NCBI GenBank assembly: GCA_050575255.1
Contig: JBNZDD010013568.1
Location: 1,419,243-1,483,242, forward strand
Source: Harriotta raleighana
Lineage: Eukaryota
Reading direction: 5' to 3'
Length of the DNA stretch: 64,000 nt
Every line of letters begins with the position of its first letter. Position 1 is the first letter of the stretch. The notes beneath the pieces were generated by a model. The model ran no database searches. It saw only the letters and a program-made list of their open reading frames with translations, and had not been told where the DNA came from. Shown here piece by piece: positions 48,903-62,819 of this stretch. The position numbers were made by a program, and so were the translations under genes.

Positions 48903-49424
48903 CAACTGAAAATCTACTCTGCCTCTATCCATTGCCACATAAATCCATCCAATGACTAATTACCTGCATCCTTCTCACCCGACTGTCGAACTATTGACAA
49001 TCCTGGCCTATTTCCAGCCATCGTCAGGGAGGTTGTAAATAGTGTTGGAGCTTTAAATACTTATTCTGGGAGCTCCTCATGGACAGTAACTGCTTCCTCG
49101 TAACCTATGATTAGCTTGCTCAATAATCCCTATTCTACCACAAATAGCTGCAGGCTCTGTAGAAATTGCACTCTCTTTAGATTTAATTCACAGCTTTGCA
49201 CCAAATGACACAGCTGGGCTCAGGGTTGAGAAAACATCAAATGGAATAAATTCTTATCATGCCTCAATGTCACCGCTTTAGGCAGAAGGAACCACGCCTC
49301 TTAAAGTGAACAAAAAGCCTCAATTACAAGCGTGAGGCGTGTTCAGATGTTATTCGTGTATTCACTTTATATTGAGGCTCTTGACTGTAAGGTAACTCGT
49401 GTGTTTTTATATCGTGATCTGAGT

Positions 49425-49875
49425 CTGCACATCGTACTAATGCCCAGTCCATGTCCTCTCCTCTCCAGCCCGTCATCCCCATTCCTTACTTTCGTTCCAG
49501 TTGTTCCTCAGTCCACAGCAGATAAAAAATCAAGATTCTCAACTTCGCACTGACATGTGCACAAACCTTATCTCCACCCTATCTCTGTGACCTCATGTGT
49601 CCCGCCTGCTCCAGCCCACTCCAGCTGCTCAACGAACACTGGGCTAGTTCTGTGTCCCCATCTGTTGGTGGTGGTGGAGCCTTCAACACTCTGCCCCACT
49701 GGAAGTCCACCTTGAAATCCTTCAACTTCCCTCCCCTCCCCAACTTCACAAACCATCTCTTTTGGTCATCTTTTCAGCCAAGCTTTCTCCTCCCTTCCTC
49801 AATTACAAATCCCCACCTGAGGCTCCCACTTTGAGGTCTCCTGATATGAAAGGTACTAGGTACATGTGGATTTAC
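49425..49875 (+). mobile_element. Old L2 3' end
   Basis: tcaagattctc...ccaccctatctctgtgacctc...gagccttcaac..., colinear with 25581-25974, with a degraded tail. Confidence 0.6.
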
Positions 49876-50831
49876 AGTTCAGAAAATAATATTTTAAAGA
49901 TTGAAAAATCCCTTCCCGCCTCAAATATTTTGCAGCTTTACACACAACCTCCCAAATATGGGAACATATCGCCATTAATTAGAAATTGCAAACTGACTGA
50001 AGAGCAGCGCAAGTTTTCACAACCAAGAATATTAATGGCAGTCAGAACCATTGCCCGGCAGAGAGTGTGCTGTTTTGGTTGTAACCATGCATTCCATCGC
50101 CCTTTGACTGCCTGACTGAAATATACTTTCTAGTCAACAAGAAGAATCCGAAAGACCCTCATTCCTTGTGTACGGTATCTGCCGGCACTGTTGTTCAGTG
50201 TGCACATCAGACAGCAGGTTGGTCACGGCCGCTTGTGTGATCTGGCCGTGCAGAAATCGGCTGTCACATTTGTCTACAAAGACGCAGTCACTACGTTTGG
50301 TAATTCCCCGTGGAGCTCTTTGAGGTGCTTTAACATTCCAGGAGCTGGATCAGATAGGGGGATTATTATTATCGCTTTACATTACTCACTTTTGGCACAT
50401 GCGTGAATAAATCTCGACAGGTTCAGAGACTTCAGTGACGCTTCCGAATGACCTGGTGATAATTATCCAGTTACACCCTCCAGGAGTGTTACATAAATCA
50501 TGCCAGAGCGCTGCTCACTTCATTAATGCCTCACAACAATCGGGTTTGCAATTGGATGACCACGGTGTGGTGACGTGTCTATCTCAAGTTGCAAAGGTTT
50601 GCCTGCTGGGTGCTGCAGCCGCCTCGTGGCGCACTCCCAGAAATAGAGCTTGTAATTGCACTGAAACCTGCCGATAATGAAGACCTTTGGGAATATCTAC
50701 AGGTGGTCTTCATACATCGGTATTCTTCCCTTACGCAGTTTTCAAATTGGCATCATTAATATCTTATTGGAAATGATACAGACTGCTTTTAGGGCAGACA
50801 GATGGTCTCTCGTTCCGGGCAGGTGGTCTCA

Positions 50832-50866
50832 CTCTCTCTCTCTCTCTCTCTCTCTCGCGCTCTCTC
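50832..50866. repeat. (CT)n microsatellite
   Basis: Direct reading of the sequence. Confidence 0.95.
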
Positions 50867-51459
50867 TTCCCAGGTTCACTGTGGCATTAATACAAGTCAC
50901 GAGATTATTGCCCTTTACAACACACTGAAAGCCAGATTCCTGCACAGGATGCGCATTTCAAATAACTGGCACGTTGTTGAAAACAAGAAGGAAACGCTCA
51001 TTTGGATTCATTTTCTTCAAAATTTGGAGCGTTCTGAATCAAAGGCAATTGGCCTGCGTTTGCTGTTTCTCTCTCTCCGTGCTGGCAATCGCAAACTGAT
51101 TAGAATACCCTCCAAATCCTCCGCAGGTTCCAAACTTATGTTGACGGCAACCTTCCTTTCTTCCCTCCCCTCATCCCGGATTCATTTTTGAACAATTAAA
51201 TAGCAGTTTGGGTAAATGATTGCTTTTCATATGTAGGATGTTACAGCACAGACTCTCCCACCAGCCTGAGCCTGGGTACCTACCCAACTCCCATCTGTGA
51301 CCAAGTGTGTGCGAGTGTGGTCCGACCGTGGTGGGTATTAGTCAAGAGATTCCACAATGATCGACCTGAATCGTGGGCCTCGGTTTTCACAGGTGAAATC
51401 TCAAGTCATTGGCAGGCGGTGAACCTTTCTCGAAAGGTAAAAAGGTACAAAGCATTATC

Positions 51460-51800
51460 ATTTACTCAATTGGTAGCACTGACTCAGACGATTGTGGATT
51501 CGAGGCCTACGACGGGACTTTTGAGTTTCACAATCCAGGCTGACTCACCAATGAAGTTCTGGCAGGAACGTTGCATGGTCAGAAGTGCAATTCAGTCGGA
51601 TGAGAGGTTAAACTGAGGTCCCATCTGCCTTCGGGTGGACATTACAGATTCTATGTTCTATCCGGGACATTGCTGTATGCAAGATGATTGCTGCATTCAC
51701 CTACACAGACAGTCAATACGTTTTACAATAAAATGCTTTGAGATGCCTCAATGATGCGATAAAGCATTACATCAAATGCAAGGATTATTGATTATTATTA
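51460..51800 (+). mobile_element. Older full-span Deu-domain SINE (head, Deu core, tail C)
   Basis: tactcaattggtagcact...ggattcgaggcc; tcggatgagaggttaaactgaggtcccatctgcc (Deu core); ends atcaaatgcaaggattatt. Confidence 0.75.
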
Positions 51801-52489
51801 TAAACGTGACACTTTGATAAACCTGTAGAAAGTGGCCCCCGAGTCCCACCTTTAGTAAAAGACTTATGTTGACTTTCCTTGTGCGTTTTTGCTTGATGTG
51901 CAGTTTCCATTTTCTTATTCCCTCCAGTGCCATCAATCACGGGCTGTCCTCGGGAGTTTGTGCTGACTCTTCAAGGGCGTGCTAGTCTCCAAGATTATCT
52001 GTATGCTGGAGACACAGTGACCGCTGCTTGTGTTTCACAAGGAGACAGTTCTTCTTAGTCACATCTGCCCTTGACTGTACTCTGTACTGTGACGCAGAGA
52101 ATTCAGGCGTAAGAATCACTAAAAGGAGGAGAGTACTTTTTTCAAAATCACTTTTATGGGATTGGCCACAGGATTATGGGGAGTGTGACGTGGCAAAAGT
52201 CTCAGATTGTTTGGATCTTGATTTCAAACTTCAGTGCGAGGGAAAGTTTCCATCTCTTTCATGAAAGACCTTCCTCTTCGAACGTCCCTACAGTCACCTC
52301 CCTCTTCCCCCCAACTCAGCTTCGTGCTCCGACACTCTCAAGTGCTCTGAGACGTTCCAATGCATGGGGGGGGGGTGCTATGAAAATGCAAGTTGTTGTT
52401 GATCTGAGGGAATTTCTAAAAGGTTGATTAATTTTTTTTTAAAAAAAGCTCTTTAGCTGCTTCCTCTCATCTGCCTCAGTTTGATTGAT

Positions 52490-52642
52490 CAAAAAGTTGA
52501 TCTTAACTTCGAAGTCTCTTTTCCCGCCAAAGAAATTAGCCTCCAAATCCAGGCTGAAGATTAGAATTGTCTCTTTCTGCACTATGTTGAATTTCAATCC
52601 AAATTGGTATGGCAGGCTAAGACTGAGTGGAATTTCAGGCCT
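52490..52642. mobile_element. MITE right half (AGGCCTGAAATT family)
   Basis: Ends caggctaagactgagtggaatttcaggcct. Confidence 0.65.
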
Positions 52643-53614
52643 CTGTTTTATGATGTTTGGGTCCGCTTCCCAGAATAAAGCTGCTTTGCTATAAACTCAT
52701 TTGTTTTCAGAGAATGATTGCTGAACCAGATAGAAAAAAATTGGATATTTTAAGATTATCACAATACCATGATTTATCTCAGTAAATTCCTCTCACTTGG
52801 AATAAACAACGAGATATACAGAAACAGACAGCTGTGAATGAGTTACAAAACAGTTACACAATAGAATACCTCTGACGCAGTGATAAATCACAGCTGCGTA
52901 CTGTGGTTGGAGTGGTTTACAATGTAATCTGGACTCAGACATTTGTGAAACGGCTTTTAAACTCTCTCGTTGCAGCTATTCATTACTTCAAATGATACCT
53001 GCACAACCCAAAGCTTTTTTGCTCTCAGGGAAAGACCATTTAAAAAAAAATTAATGCTCACTTTGCTAGCATTCCTCTCGCTGCTTTTGGAAGTCTACGG
53101 AATTGATTTTTCCTGCTTTCCGTGTTGCCAGCAAGAGGAATGATTTCTGATGGAACGTGGGGTGTGAGTGCAGTCTGTGCCTCACATTGCCCACTGTGCA
53201 ATGGAGCAATGCCTCAGTGCAGCTCGCTACACACTGAATTCCTGCCCATTCATACCCAAATTCAATGGGACGGTGGAAGCATCCATGGGCTTCGACCAAT
53301 TCCGCACAAACTGCATCTGTTATAAAGTTATTTTTATTAAATTGACATGCCCTGATACATATTTAAACGTACAACAACATCAACAACAACTTCGATTTAT
53401 GTAGAGCCCTCCATGCTGGACGGCGTCTCAGAGGGTCCATGATGGAGTTAAACAGCATCCATTCGTGAAACAACGCATGTTTCTCTGGTTCTGGATTTAA
53501 AGTTGGCTGTGACTGGAGTTTACGCCACATGCGCTATGAGCAGTCAGCCATCAGTCACCAGGACTAAGTCCCTCACTGCTGATTGTCTCCAGTCCCTTCA
53601 TATTGGAAGAACCC

Positions 53615-53860
53615 CTCACTGGAGGACACGATCTTATCTCAAGAGAAAATAGGTCAGAGAAGAATTTCTTGTCACTGAGAATCATGAGAATCTGAATTGT
53701 GCGGCCCCAGAAAGCCATGGGTTAGGAATCAGATGAGGGATGTAAGGGGAAGACAGTTAATTACTTGTGGAGTAAATATATTGAGAGATACGACTGGAAG
53801 TGGGATTGGGGGTAACGGGCTGAATGGCCTCTTACTGCTCCTAATTTTTCTGTATTCCTA
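53615..53860 (+). mobile_element. CR1 LINE 3' end
   Basis: ggaggacacgatctt...gagaagaatttcttgtcactgaga...cgggctgaatggcctcttactgctcctaatttttctgtattccta (typical CR1 3' stem-loop and tail). Confidence 0.7.
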
Positions 53861-55870
53861 AATCGTGACTCCACAAAAACCATGAACTTATTCTCCCTGA
53901 GTTTCTGCCTGAAGCCTCACTGTCACTCTAAATATTGGGAGAATATAAATAAATGATCATCACGCCACAAAGACCCTTCATCAGCTGCTTTCACAACTGA
54001 TCTTCAAACGTACGTCTCGCTGTGCAATATTTACTATGCCAATAAGTCGCGAGTTAGAAATTTAAAGAAAGCCCACGAGAATGATTAAAATGAGCTGTTT
54101 TCACAACTCTGACTCCATGCTCAGGCTCTGGGGACTTGGGGTCCCACAACTGAATAAATTACACAAATGAAAGATTGCTAACTAACAAAAATGTGATAAA
54201 AAAGCAACTGCATTCCCTGGGCCAAAGGAGGTTCAGTGGCTTTTGTCTTAGGAATTTTGCTTCTTGTTCCAAAGTGAAGACATTTAAGAATATTTAAGTC
54301 TATTTTGAGCAAGCTATCTGATAGATTACAGAGAAGAAAACTTTATCCTATATAAGTGATACTGTATTCAGTATCATGATGGTATAACTGAGGTGTGTGA
54401 TGGTGTGGTATAATCAGTGCCTTGGGACGTCCCTCCTGAACTTGAAAGACGCTATACAAATTTAATTTGTTCTTGTGTGTGGATTGTGTGGTGTTACTGA
54501 GGTGTGTGATTATTGATGTGATGGTGTAACCAAAGAGGAGGGGAGGATGTGCGTTTGGCATTTCGTTTTTGTTTGAAACCGTGTTCCTCTGTTTCACACT
54601 GACATTTCCAGAAATAACAGTCCCATAGTGCTGCCACGTCCTCACGATAGTATACATCAGTTTTACCTGGAGCAACCAACGTACTGGGGCCAGAGACATT
54701 ACAGAAATATCATTGTTTCCTTCAAGGCACGAGCCTTGGTGTCAACATGCTCACAGGCCCACACATCAAAGAGATATGATAGGCCTGGAAGGACCGTGCA
54801 ATCAGCTCTGATTTCTGTATTTCAGCTTCGGTCCATTACAGTCAGGATTAATTGGTTGCCATGAGATGTAAATTCATACAAGTTCATGCTGCTGCCACAG
54901 AGACTCCTTTCGGTAAGGTCTTAAATATGCCATTACACATAAATCATTAGAAGCTGCCCCCAGCCAGCATTTCTAATGGAAAAAGATGCCATTTTGCTTC
55001 TCTCTTCACTTGCGCTGGGAACCCGAGGCTACAAGGAAATTGAAATAGATGCACTTTGTTGTTTAAAGCCGGAATAGCCTGCAAATTAAACAGAAAAATG
55101 TTTTATACTTTAGTAATGCGGCGTTCCAAATTGTGTTTGAAACATGCTCCTTTCCCAGGAGTATATCCCCCCTTCCCCCCCAAATTCTCCTTTCCACCCT
55201 CAGGCTGCACATCAGCAAATGGCTCCATCCAGCCTGTGCCAGACACTGCTCTCAATGCCCGGGCTCTGCCCATACCGATCTGATCAAGGATCACTCCTGA
55301 ATATATCTGTGTACAAGGAGAGATGTGTTCATGTGGTTCCCGTTGAAAACTACTCTGGACTTTTGCCTTGAGGTACTTTACGAAGGGGACTTTTTTTCCA
55401 TGTTGTCTATTGTTACGGAAGCCGTGGCTGTGGGACTAATAACAGATTTGTGAAGTTATCTTTTAATGAGAAATCCATGATTAGTTACTGAGGTACATTG
55501 GTAGCTTTAACAGCAATTATTGTCAAAGTCATTGCTTACAAGTGAGCACTTGGAAGTGGTAGAATGGGTTTAGAATCGAAACTAGTAGAATGGGTGGTGG
55601 GTGGGTTGTACACTGGTGATGTGGAATTCTCTCCCCAAAAATGTCAGCTCCTTCAACAGAGGAGGAAAGCTGGAGGAGGAAAGTGATCATTCAAGGAAAT
55701 TAGTACATTATAAACGAAAGCACTGGCTTTATTCTGTGGTTACCTGATGTAAAAAAAAATAGCATAGCTGAGCTATATTACATTACATTTCATACCAGTT
55801 CCAAGCAGCTTGGGGTGGGAGACTCAATGTAGTAATCCATCAGAAAATAAAATCTCTGGCCTCAGTATTT

Positions 55871-55955
55871 ATAGAAACATGGGAACAGGAGTAGGCCTTT
55901 CAGCCCGTGAAGCCTGTTCCGTCAGTTAATAAGAAAATGGCTGATCTGCATCTCT
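55871..55955 (-). mobile_element. CR1 3' tail
   Basis: atagaaacatgggaacaggagtaggcctttcagcccgtgaagcctgttcc is the reverse complement of the 53815-53860-type tail. Confidence 0.7.
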
Positions 55956-56058
55956 ACTAACCCTTACAACACTCCAGGTTGTAATTGAGAGGATCAGTTA
56001 GTGAAGAAGGCTCTTGCTAACTCTGGAGACTCTGACTGGACATGATATGGATACTGTG

Positions 56059-56215
56059 AGCCTGAAATTTTACCTGGTCTCAGCCTAAAGACCATTTTGA
56101 GGTGGTGCAAAATGGTGGAAGGTCCTTAAATTCCATCTTAACCTTTTCAAGAAGACCGGCTTCCAAACTCAAACTGAATTACGCCCGTTTTATTTCCCAC
56201 TCCGCTCTCATCCAG
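56059..56215. mobile_element. MITE left part (AGGCCTGAAATT family)
   Basis: agcctgaaattttacctggtctcagcct...tggaaggtccttaaattcc...gaccggcttccaaactc. Confidence 0.65.
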
Positions 56216-57658
56216 TCTTATTCCCTGTTTCCAATCACAGAGATAGCAATTTCAAAACTAACACAATAACTCAGATTACTGTTGCAAAAACACTTCAGGA
56301 AAAGGTCACAATTTGATTGCTTTGAAACCTTATTCAATTATTAACCTCTTACCTCATCCCTGGTCAGTCATCACTTGTGTGATGTCAGGGGCAGAGAATA
56401 GTGAATCTTTGTGCGATAGGTTAGAGTATCGGAATGTAGCTGTGAAAGACAGAGAGAAAGATAGAAAGACAGAGATAAGCAAATAAAGGCAGACAGACAC
56501 AGACACACACAGACTAACAGAAAGAAGAAAACTGTTTCCAAAAAAAATAATTAACTGGAACAATTAATAATGTAGCACTTTTACATTGAATTATTTAGTG
56601 CCTCTCAGACTGACAAATCGCCAGGACAGTCTCATTCAGTACACAGCTTGTTCTCAGCCTTTGTGGAAACAGTTGCTCAGGCCAGTGTGGAGTATTGCGA
56701 GATTATTTATTTTAGCTTTGTGGCTGTTGATCAAAGTGAAGGCAATCTCCGCTAAACGCTGTAGCATCCTAAGCCACTACAAACTCCCAGAGGCTATCGA
56801 CCACATGACCTTAGCAGTCTAAATTATGCCAGGGATCCCGGGGAGTGTGCCCATGGGATTGCTGTATCCAAACACTTTAGCATACGAGAGGTCTGCTCTC
56901 TGACCTGTACAGCGACAAAGCTATCTGGAATTGTAATTGAGTTCCGAACGGGGTGCTATTTGCTGCTTGCTGCTAGCCAGTGCACAAGCAGTCTGTCTGT
57001 GATGCCTCTAAAGCCACAGTAAACACCCCCCCCCCACATCTCGATCCATCTTAATCCAATCAAACAACAATGATTTGATATCTCAAATCAAATCCAGCAG
57101 AAGACCAAACCTGCATTCGTTAGAATTATGCTCAGGCCATACATAAAAGGTACTCAGTGTTTAGTTCAGTTGCTTTCCCTTCAATCATCGCCCAGCCTTC
57201 CACCCCATCCACCGGTTGCCTCTAAGAACCACTGACTGCAGCCTCTTTGACTTGGGAGATGTTCATTGACCAAACCCAGAGATTACTGAGTGTGTGTGTG
57301 GGTGGGAGGGGGGGGGGGGGTGGTGGTGCTGGGGGCAGTTTTCCCAGAAAAGTTGAGCATTGGCCCTATCTGGTGGCTGATTGGAATATCACAGCTGTGG
57401 TGGAACACTGTTCAGTCATGTTCATCACCAGTCTTTCTCTCTCATCAAGTCAAAGGCAGAGCCCTCCCCGCACTGAGGGCACAAAACAGCCAATCTGATG
57501 AATTCGATGTTCTTGTTGCGAACCAATTAGGTCTGGTCCGTCTTCCTCTACACTTGACACCAGTTCCCGTGAAACACTTTGCGCTGTTTATCAAATGCAA
57601 GGATTATTATGAAGGAGACCTCGCAGCAGTGTATTGAGAACAATCGACTCTGTACAAA

Positions 57659-57805
57659 CACAAGATACTACAGATGCCGGAAATCTGAAACAAAANAGAT
57701 GCCGGAAATCCGAAACAAAAACCGACGAAGGGTCGTGGACCCGAAACGTTGACTCACTTTCCTTTCTCCATGGATGCTGCCTGACCTGCTGAGTTTTCTG
57801 TTTTT
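57659..57805 (+). mobile_element. Short Penelope-like insertion with inverted 5' segment
   Basis: 13-bp TSD gactctg(t/a)acaaa at 57646-57658 and 57806-57818; 57727-57796 nearly identical to 45569-45638. Confidence 0.75.
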
Positions 57806-59127
57806 GACTCTGAACAAAGTCTGACTCGGTTATGAAAACAGTTGTTTTTTTTTACATTTGGCGATTGTTGCCTGTGAAACAGTTTGAGATGTTTTGGGAG
57901 AAAGGTGAACAACTACAAGATCGTCTTTTCTTTTGGGGTTGGGTGGGAAGAATATAACAAGCAGCCTTCCTGCTTTTGCTTGTTGTACAGTGACCTCCCC
58001 CACCCCACCCCAGCTGGGAGGTCACTGTGCACAGGCCAGTTGAGGACAGCCAAATCAGGATTTGCTGTGATGTCTCCACAATCATCCAATACTTTCCAGT
58101 GGAGTGCAGTGGACTCTCCGTTTGTTAGCTTATTGTTTGGTTCGATGGTTTCCTGTCTGATCCCAGCCTTTGTGGGTGGATGACATTGGATATGGAATTC
58201 CTTTCCTAAGGCCAAAACTTCCAGATGTCACAACCCGCACTGTAAAGTTCTCTTCACTCATGATCATAACAACAACAACAACAACATTTATATGGTGCCC
58301 TTCACGCTCTCAGTGACACTCAAGCGCTTTATTGTTTTGTATCGTCGAGAAAAAGTGATGGTTTCATTTATGGCTTCACTGATCAATAGATAAGCTTAAA
58401 CATTGGTTTAAAACAACTCGTTCCGCTCCGCTCAGCGAGTCCCCACACATTTAAATGTCCTTCATGTATGGTGCTCTTTCTCTTCTCCATAATGCAATGT
58501 TAATGCCCATTAATGGTGGTTGAGGCAATGCTATTTACATAGAATTAGTGTAACTCAGGAGTGTGTTCAGCAGTGCTGATTGATATCAGCGTTAAAACCA
58601 AAATGTAAATGCCAACTCAGGTCAAAACCCCAAAGCTAAAAAGACGGATCGTGGGCCAGTGCTGAGGCTAACTAAAAGCACCTTGGAAAGACCCTGATGA
58701 AGCCTCTGCCTCAACATGATCATCCCAGCATACAAATTGCTTGTAGTCCTTTTCACTGTGTCTAAGGCAAATGGCACTCGCCATTGCAGTGTGCCTGCAG
58801 GCTCTGGCGCTGTGTGGATGGTACACAGTGTATATGTGGGTGCTAGACCCACATTAGGGACTTTGCGCCCACAGTCTGAGATGACACTCCAGTGCTGGGC
58901 TGGGGGGCACCGTGGAATGTCAGTCTTTGAATGACAGTAAAACCGTGTGTGCCTGTTTGTCGCTTCCCTCAATTCCTTTCAGGTCCATCTCAAACCCCTT
59001 TTAACTGCTCTTTCAGGTATCCTCCGTCCCTCACCTCTCTTTCGTTCCCTCCCCCCTCCTAAATACAATGCCTTGGGACGTCCCCCCAACATGAAAGATG
59101 CTATTAAATGTAATTGGTTGATGTTGT

Positions 59128-59388
59128 TGGATGTTAAAGATCCCGCAATGCTATTTGAAATCAGAAGAAAGTTGCTCCCAATCAACAATCTCATGGATAA
59201 ATTGGTCATTTACTTCCTAGCTGTGTGTGTATCTGTGTGTGGGACGTCGCTGTATGCAAATTGTTTGTTGCAACTACAATACTTACATATAGACAATCAC
59301 TACACTCAACAGAAATTCCCTGCGAAGGGCTTTGAGACATTTTCATGTTGTAGATGCTGAATGCATTGCAGTGATTATTATTATTATC
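59128..59388 (+). mobile_element. Older Deu-domain SINE 3' half
   Basis: ggatgttaaagatcccgcaatgctatttgaa...tgtgggacgtcgctgtatgcaaattg...gctttgagac...gattattattatt. Confidence 0.7.
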
Positions 59389-60089
59389 GATGGTTTCAAC
59401 ACTAACCTCCGGAGAAGACACCGACAACAATTCCATGGCACAGATCATGAAGCTAATGACTGTCTCTGGAGATTGGGTTGTCCGGCAGTTAATAAACAGT
59501 TTCTCAACACAGCAGCCCTGCTCTCCACCCACATCTCAATCTGCTATTACTTACATGTCAAAGACACGGATCTCGCCTGCTCTGTGTACCGTGATTATGA
59601 GTGACATGCTGCTATCCTGGCAGACAATTGAAAGGACAAAGAGAACAAAGCTCCTGACATTTCTGCTTGTAATCTAACACCTGTCGGGGAAGGCCGCAGA
59701 TGGAAGAAAGGGCTGACAATGACAGGATGAGAGGGAGCTGACAGCTCTGAGCGATGCAGGCGAGGAGCACTGCTGGCACTGTGTGGCCAGCCAGAGCTGG
59801 ATGACAAATTAATTCTGCACAATTTATGAGTGGAAATCATGAAGGGATTGAGTCTGAGCCTTAAGGAGGCAGCCAGCAGCTCCAGCAATTGGAAGGATCC
59901 AAATCAGCCGCAGCAGCAGAAAAACGACCGGCAGCTCATTATCCTGAAAGGTTTATAATAAGAGCGGGCAGCACTACACACACTGTACTGGTGGGGAATG
60001 AGTTCCCAATCAGAACTTGCTGAGGATGTGCATTGCACATTCAGTCCTTAATAAATCGCCATCTTGCTCTGCTCTTTTTCTCTAGACTT

Positions 60090-60290
60090 GGTGGATGTCA
60101 GTCACCTCCACTGTGGTGAAGTCACGTCTCTGAGAGCTGGATGAGTGCAAGCTTCCTGCAATTAAACGTTGACGAGACGGAAGCCATACTCTTTGGCTCT
60201 CGTCGACGTCTTCAGTTCCCTGGCTTTCACCTCCTCCACCTTCCCGAACTGCCCCTATAACTCTCCGAACTCCAACGCATCTGGCGAAGG
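60090..60290 (+). mobile_element. Internal L2 RT fragment
   Basis: From 60138 reads WMSASFLQLNVDETEAILFGSRRRL, matching the L2 'WM..NFLQLN..KTE.I.FG' motif. Confidence 0.75.
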
Positions 60291-60769
60291 ATGGTGGTCC
60301 AGTCACTAACAGTCAGCAGCTGGGTAAACCCACCTATCTTTGCATTTACTAAATCTTGTACTCAACAGCCTTTCTGTGCTGTTGCCATGGAGATGTAAAT
60401 TGACTTGATTTCCACCTGCACTTTGAGGACAATTGAAACTGAAAGATAAATCACTTCATTTTCCTACGTCAGATACTTTGATCCTGGACATGAAACCTGT
60501 GCAATGTCCATGTGTTCGCTCTGTGGTCCCAGTTGCTGACAGGATGTTGTGTGACTGCTCCAAAGCCAACTGATGCTAGAGCAGGCTGACTGGATGTAAC
60601 AGCTCTTCTCCAGTAACCTTCATTATAGTCCGCACTATGAAAAGCCGCTCGCTCAGGGGACCATTGGATTTGGCCCATCCAATTGGGCCAGCCTCCCCTC
60701 TGCTACAGAGCACAATTTCTCAAGCCACAAATTTCCCTTCATCTTAACCTATCAGGCCACCAACCAGCC

Positions 60770-60968
60770 TTAAAATGCATGGTCAGAATTTAGGGAATTG
60801 TGAAAAAAATTCATACCCTGTGTAGAAGCTGTTTTTTTTCAGCATTTTTAGAAAGAAACCGTCTTACAAATGGGTACAGGATTTAATAATCTTCTACAAT
60901 TCTCTGCCCCCTTAAAGTTTGAGACTCAACTGTATCACGGGCTAAGATTCGGTGGAATTCTGGATCTA
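60770..60968. mobile_element. Degenerate MITE (AGGCCTGAAATT family)
   Basis: gaagctgtttt...aaaccgtcttacaaa...ggatttaataatcttctac...gggctaagattcggtggaattctggatct. Confidence 0.5.
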
Positions 60969-62819
60969 GAGTGAGGAGGATGATCCATTTTGTGTGTTGT
61001 GTTTTGAGGATGGGTTTGGATTGGCAGAGATGACAGAGATGGTTTGCATTAGCAGAGATGAAAAGACAGTGTGCTTATCCTTCAATGAGTCACTTTTAAA
61101 TGAAATTAGAATTACACTGGCTCAGTCAATTTTATCTGTTCTTTTACTTTGTAAACTAGAAGTTACCAATTAACACTTCACTACAAAAAGACAGTTACTA
61201 CATTATTGTGACAATGATAGAGATTAAAGCCAGCAACCTCAAAAAGACTACTTTATTATCATGCACAATTAAATGTGTAACGGTTAGCTAATAAGCAAAC
61301 CTTTCCTGTCAGCAGGTTACTGCTTGAGAGCAATTCTGAATGATGTTTGCTGACCCGCACAATACCCGCGACAGTCTGGCATTTGGAGAACATCAGAATA
61401 TGCTTGGGAGAAAGGGTTTGTGTTGAATTTGTTGAATTGAATACTGCAAAAGTGTGATATTCAGCATATTTCCGGATAATCCATTTGTCAATAAACAACA
61501 AGTAAAGCTGGCCTCCCTAGCAAGATTTGGTATAGAGATTTTAGGGGTATGGTGGGGGGTTCATTGTCTGATATGTTTATCACTAGAATATCATAATTTC
61601 GATGTATGATATAGAAGGTGTCTTTTATCACCTAGATGTAGGGTTGAGTACCAGTTAATAGTTTGAGTAAGATTTATACTGTAATGAACGATGGATTCAG
61701 ACAGCACAGCCCTCTCTGGCTCTCAGTAGTTACTGTCCGCTAAAAACTTTCAATCAATGCCCGCACACAACCAGAACTCAAACAGGAACACAAAAGGGAT
61801 GTACACAGTTACTACATTTTGGGGCCTATCATTTATCCCTCTATCTCCTTAGCCTCAGGCTCCCACCCCGTCACTGTCAAGTGCTTTGAAACCTCCTCCG
61901 AAATTGATCAAATGCAAATTGTTATTGTAGGAGGGACTAGCACAGACTCTTTTACATATGTTACATAAGGACTCAGTCAGTACTTATTCTGTTTAGCTTT
62001 AGGCACACTGACAGCATGTACACAAACAGCCATATAGCTATACGCAAACATTTGGCAGTGCAGGTAGGTTATTTAAATTAACATTTAAAAATCAATGGAT
62101 TGGCCTGGAAACTGTGGGCCACTCGGATGGGGAAGGGAAATTTATGGATTGATTTAAAAATCTACAATAAAAGGGAAAACAGCCAGGAGAAGAGATATAA
62201 GTGAAGGCTGCTCCCCGCTTTGTGAGGCAGTTAAAGAGGCCATCATTTTTCAGACTACAATTGGAAAGGGATCTTCACTGTAATCCGATTTCATGACTTA
62301 TGGCACTTGAAAGTGACTTGATAATAAGCAAAGTGGCAGGAGATTTTATGGTAGGCTGGAAATCATCGAGAACAATCATCTGTCACACAGGGAGGCTGTG
62401 TGGGATGAAAGGGAAAATCGTTTTGACATTTAATCTTTTACAGTAAATTTCTCTGTAACTGGGCTGTTTGGAGGGGTTTTCACAGTCTCCAATAAATGAG
62501 CAAGTTTTGATTTTGCTGCTTTCCTGTTAAGCTCTGTGATGAAAGGCATCCAATTACATCCCGAGGAGCTTGTAAGAGTGAATGTTTGAGTAATAGTGTT
62601 TGCCCACTGTTGTTATCATCTGGATAAATACAAGATCAGCCTTGTACAATGGTACAGAACCATGTTATCCACTTCACAAATTGTTCAAAGTAGTCATTTG
62701 CCTCTCTGCTTCCCAGTCAGCCCTGTGTTTGGGCGATGGGTGGGAGAAGGAAAGATATATAATGCTGAAGTGATTGTATATCAGTTGGTATCATTATCTC
62801 TGCTTCATGTATGAACCAA

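Noticed and set aside
57672-57720. 24-bp direct repeat agatgccggaaatcygaaacaaaa
   Set aside because: Flanks a single N at 57696; probably a gap-closing artefact
60082-60306. Coding-looking ORF with upstream + strand acceptor
   Set aside because: Explained by an L2 RT fragment on the + strand
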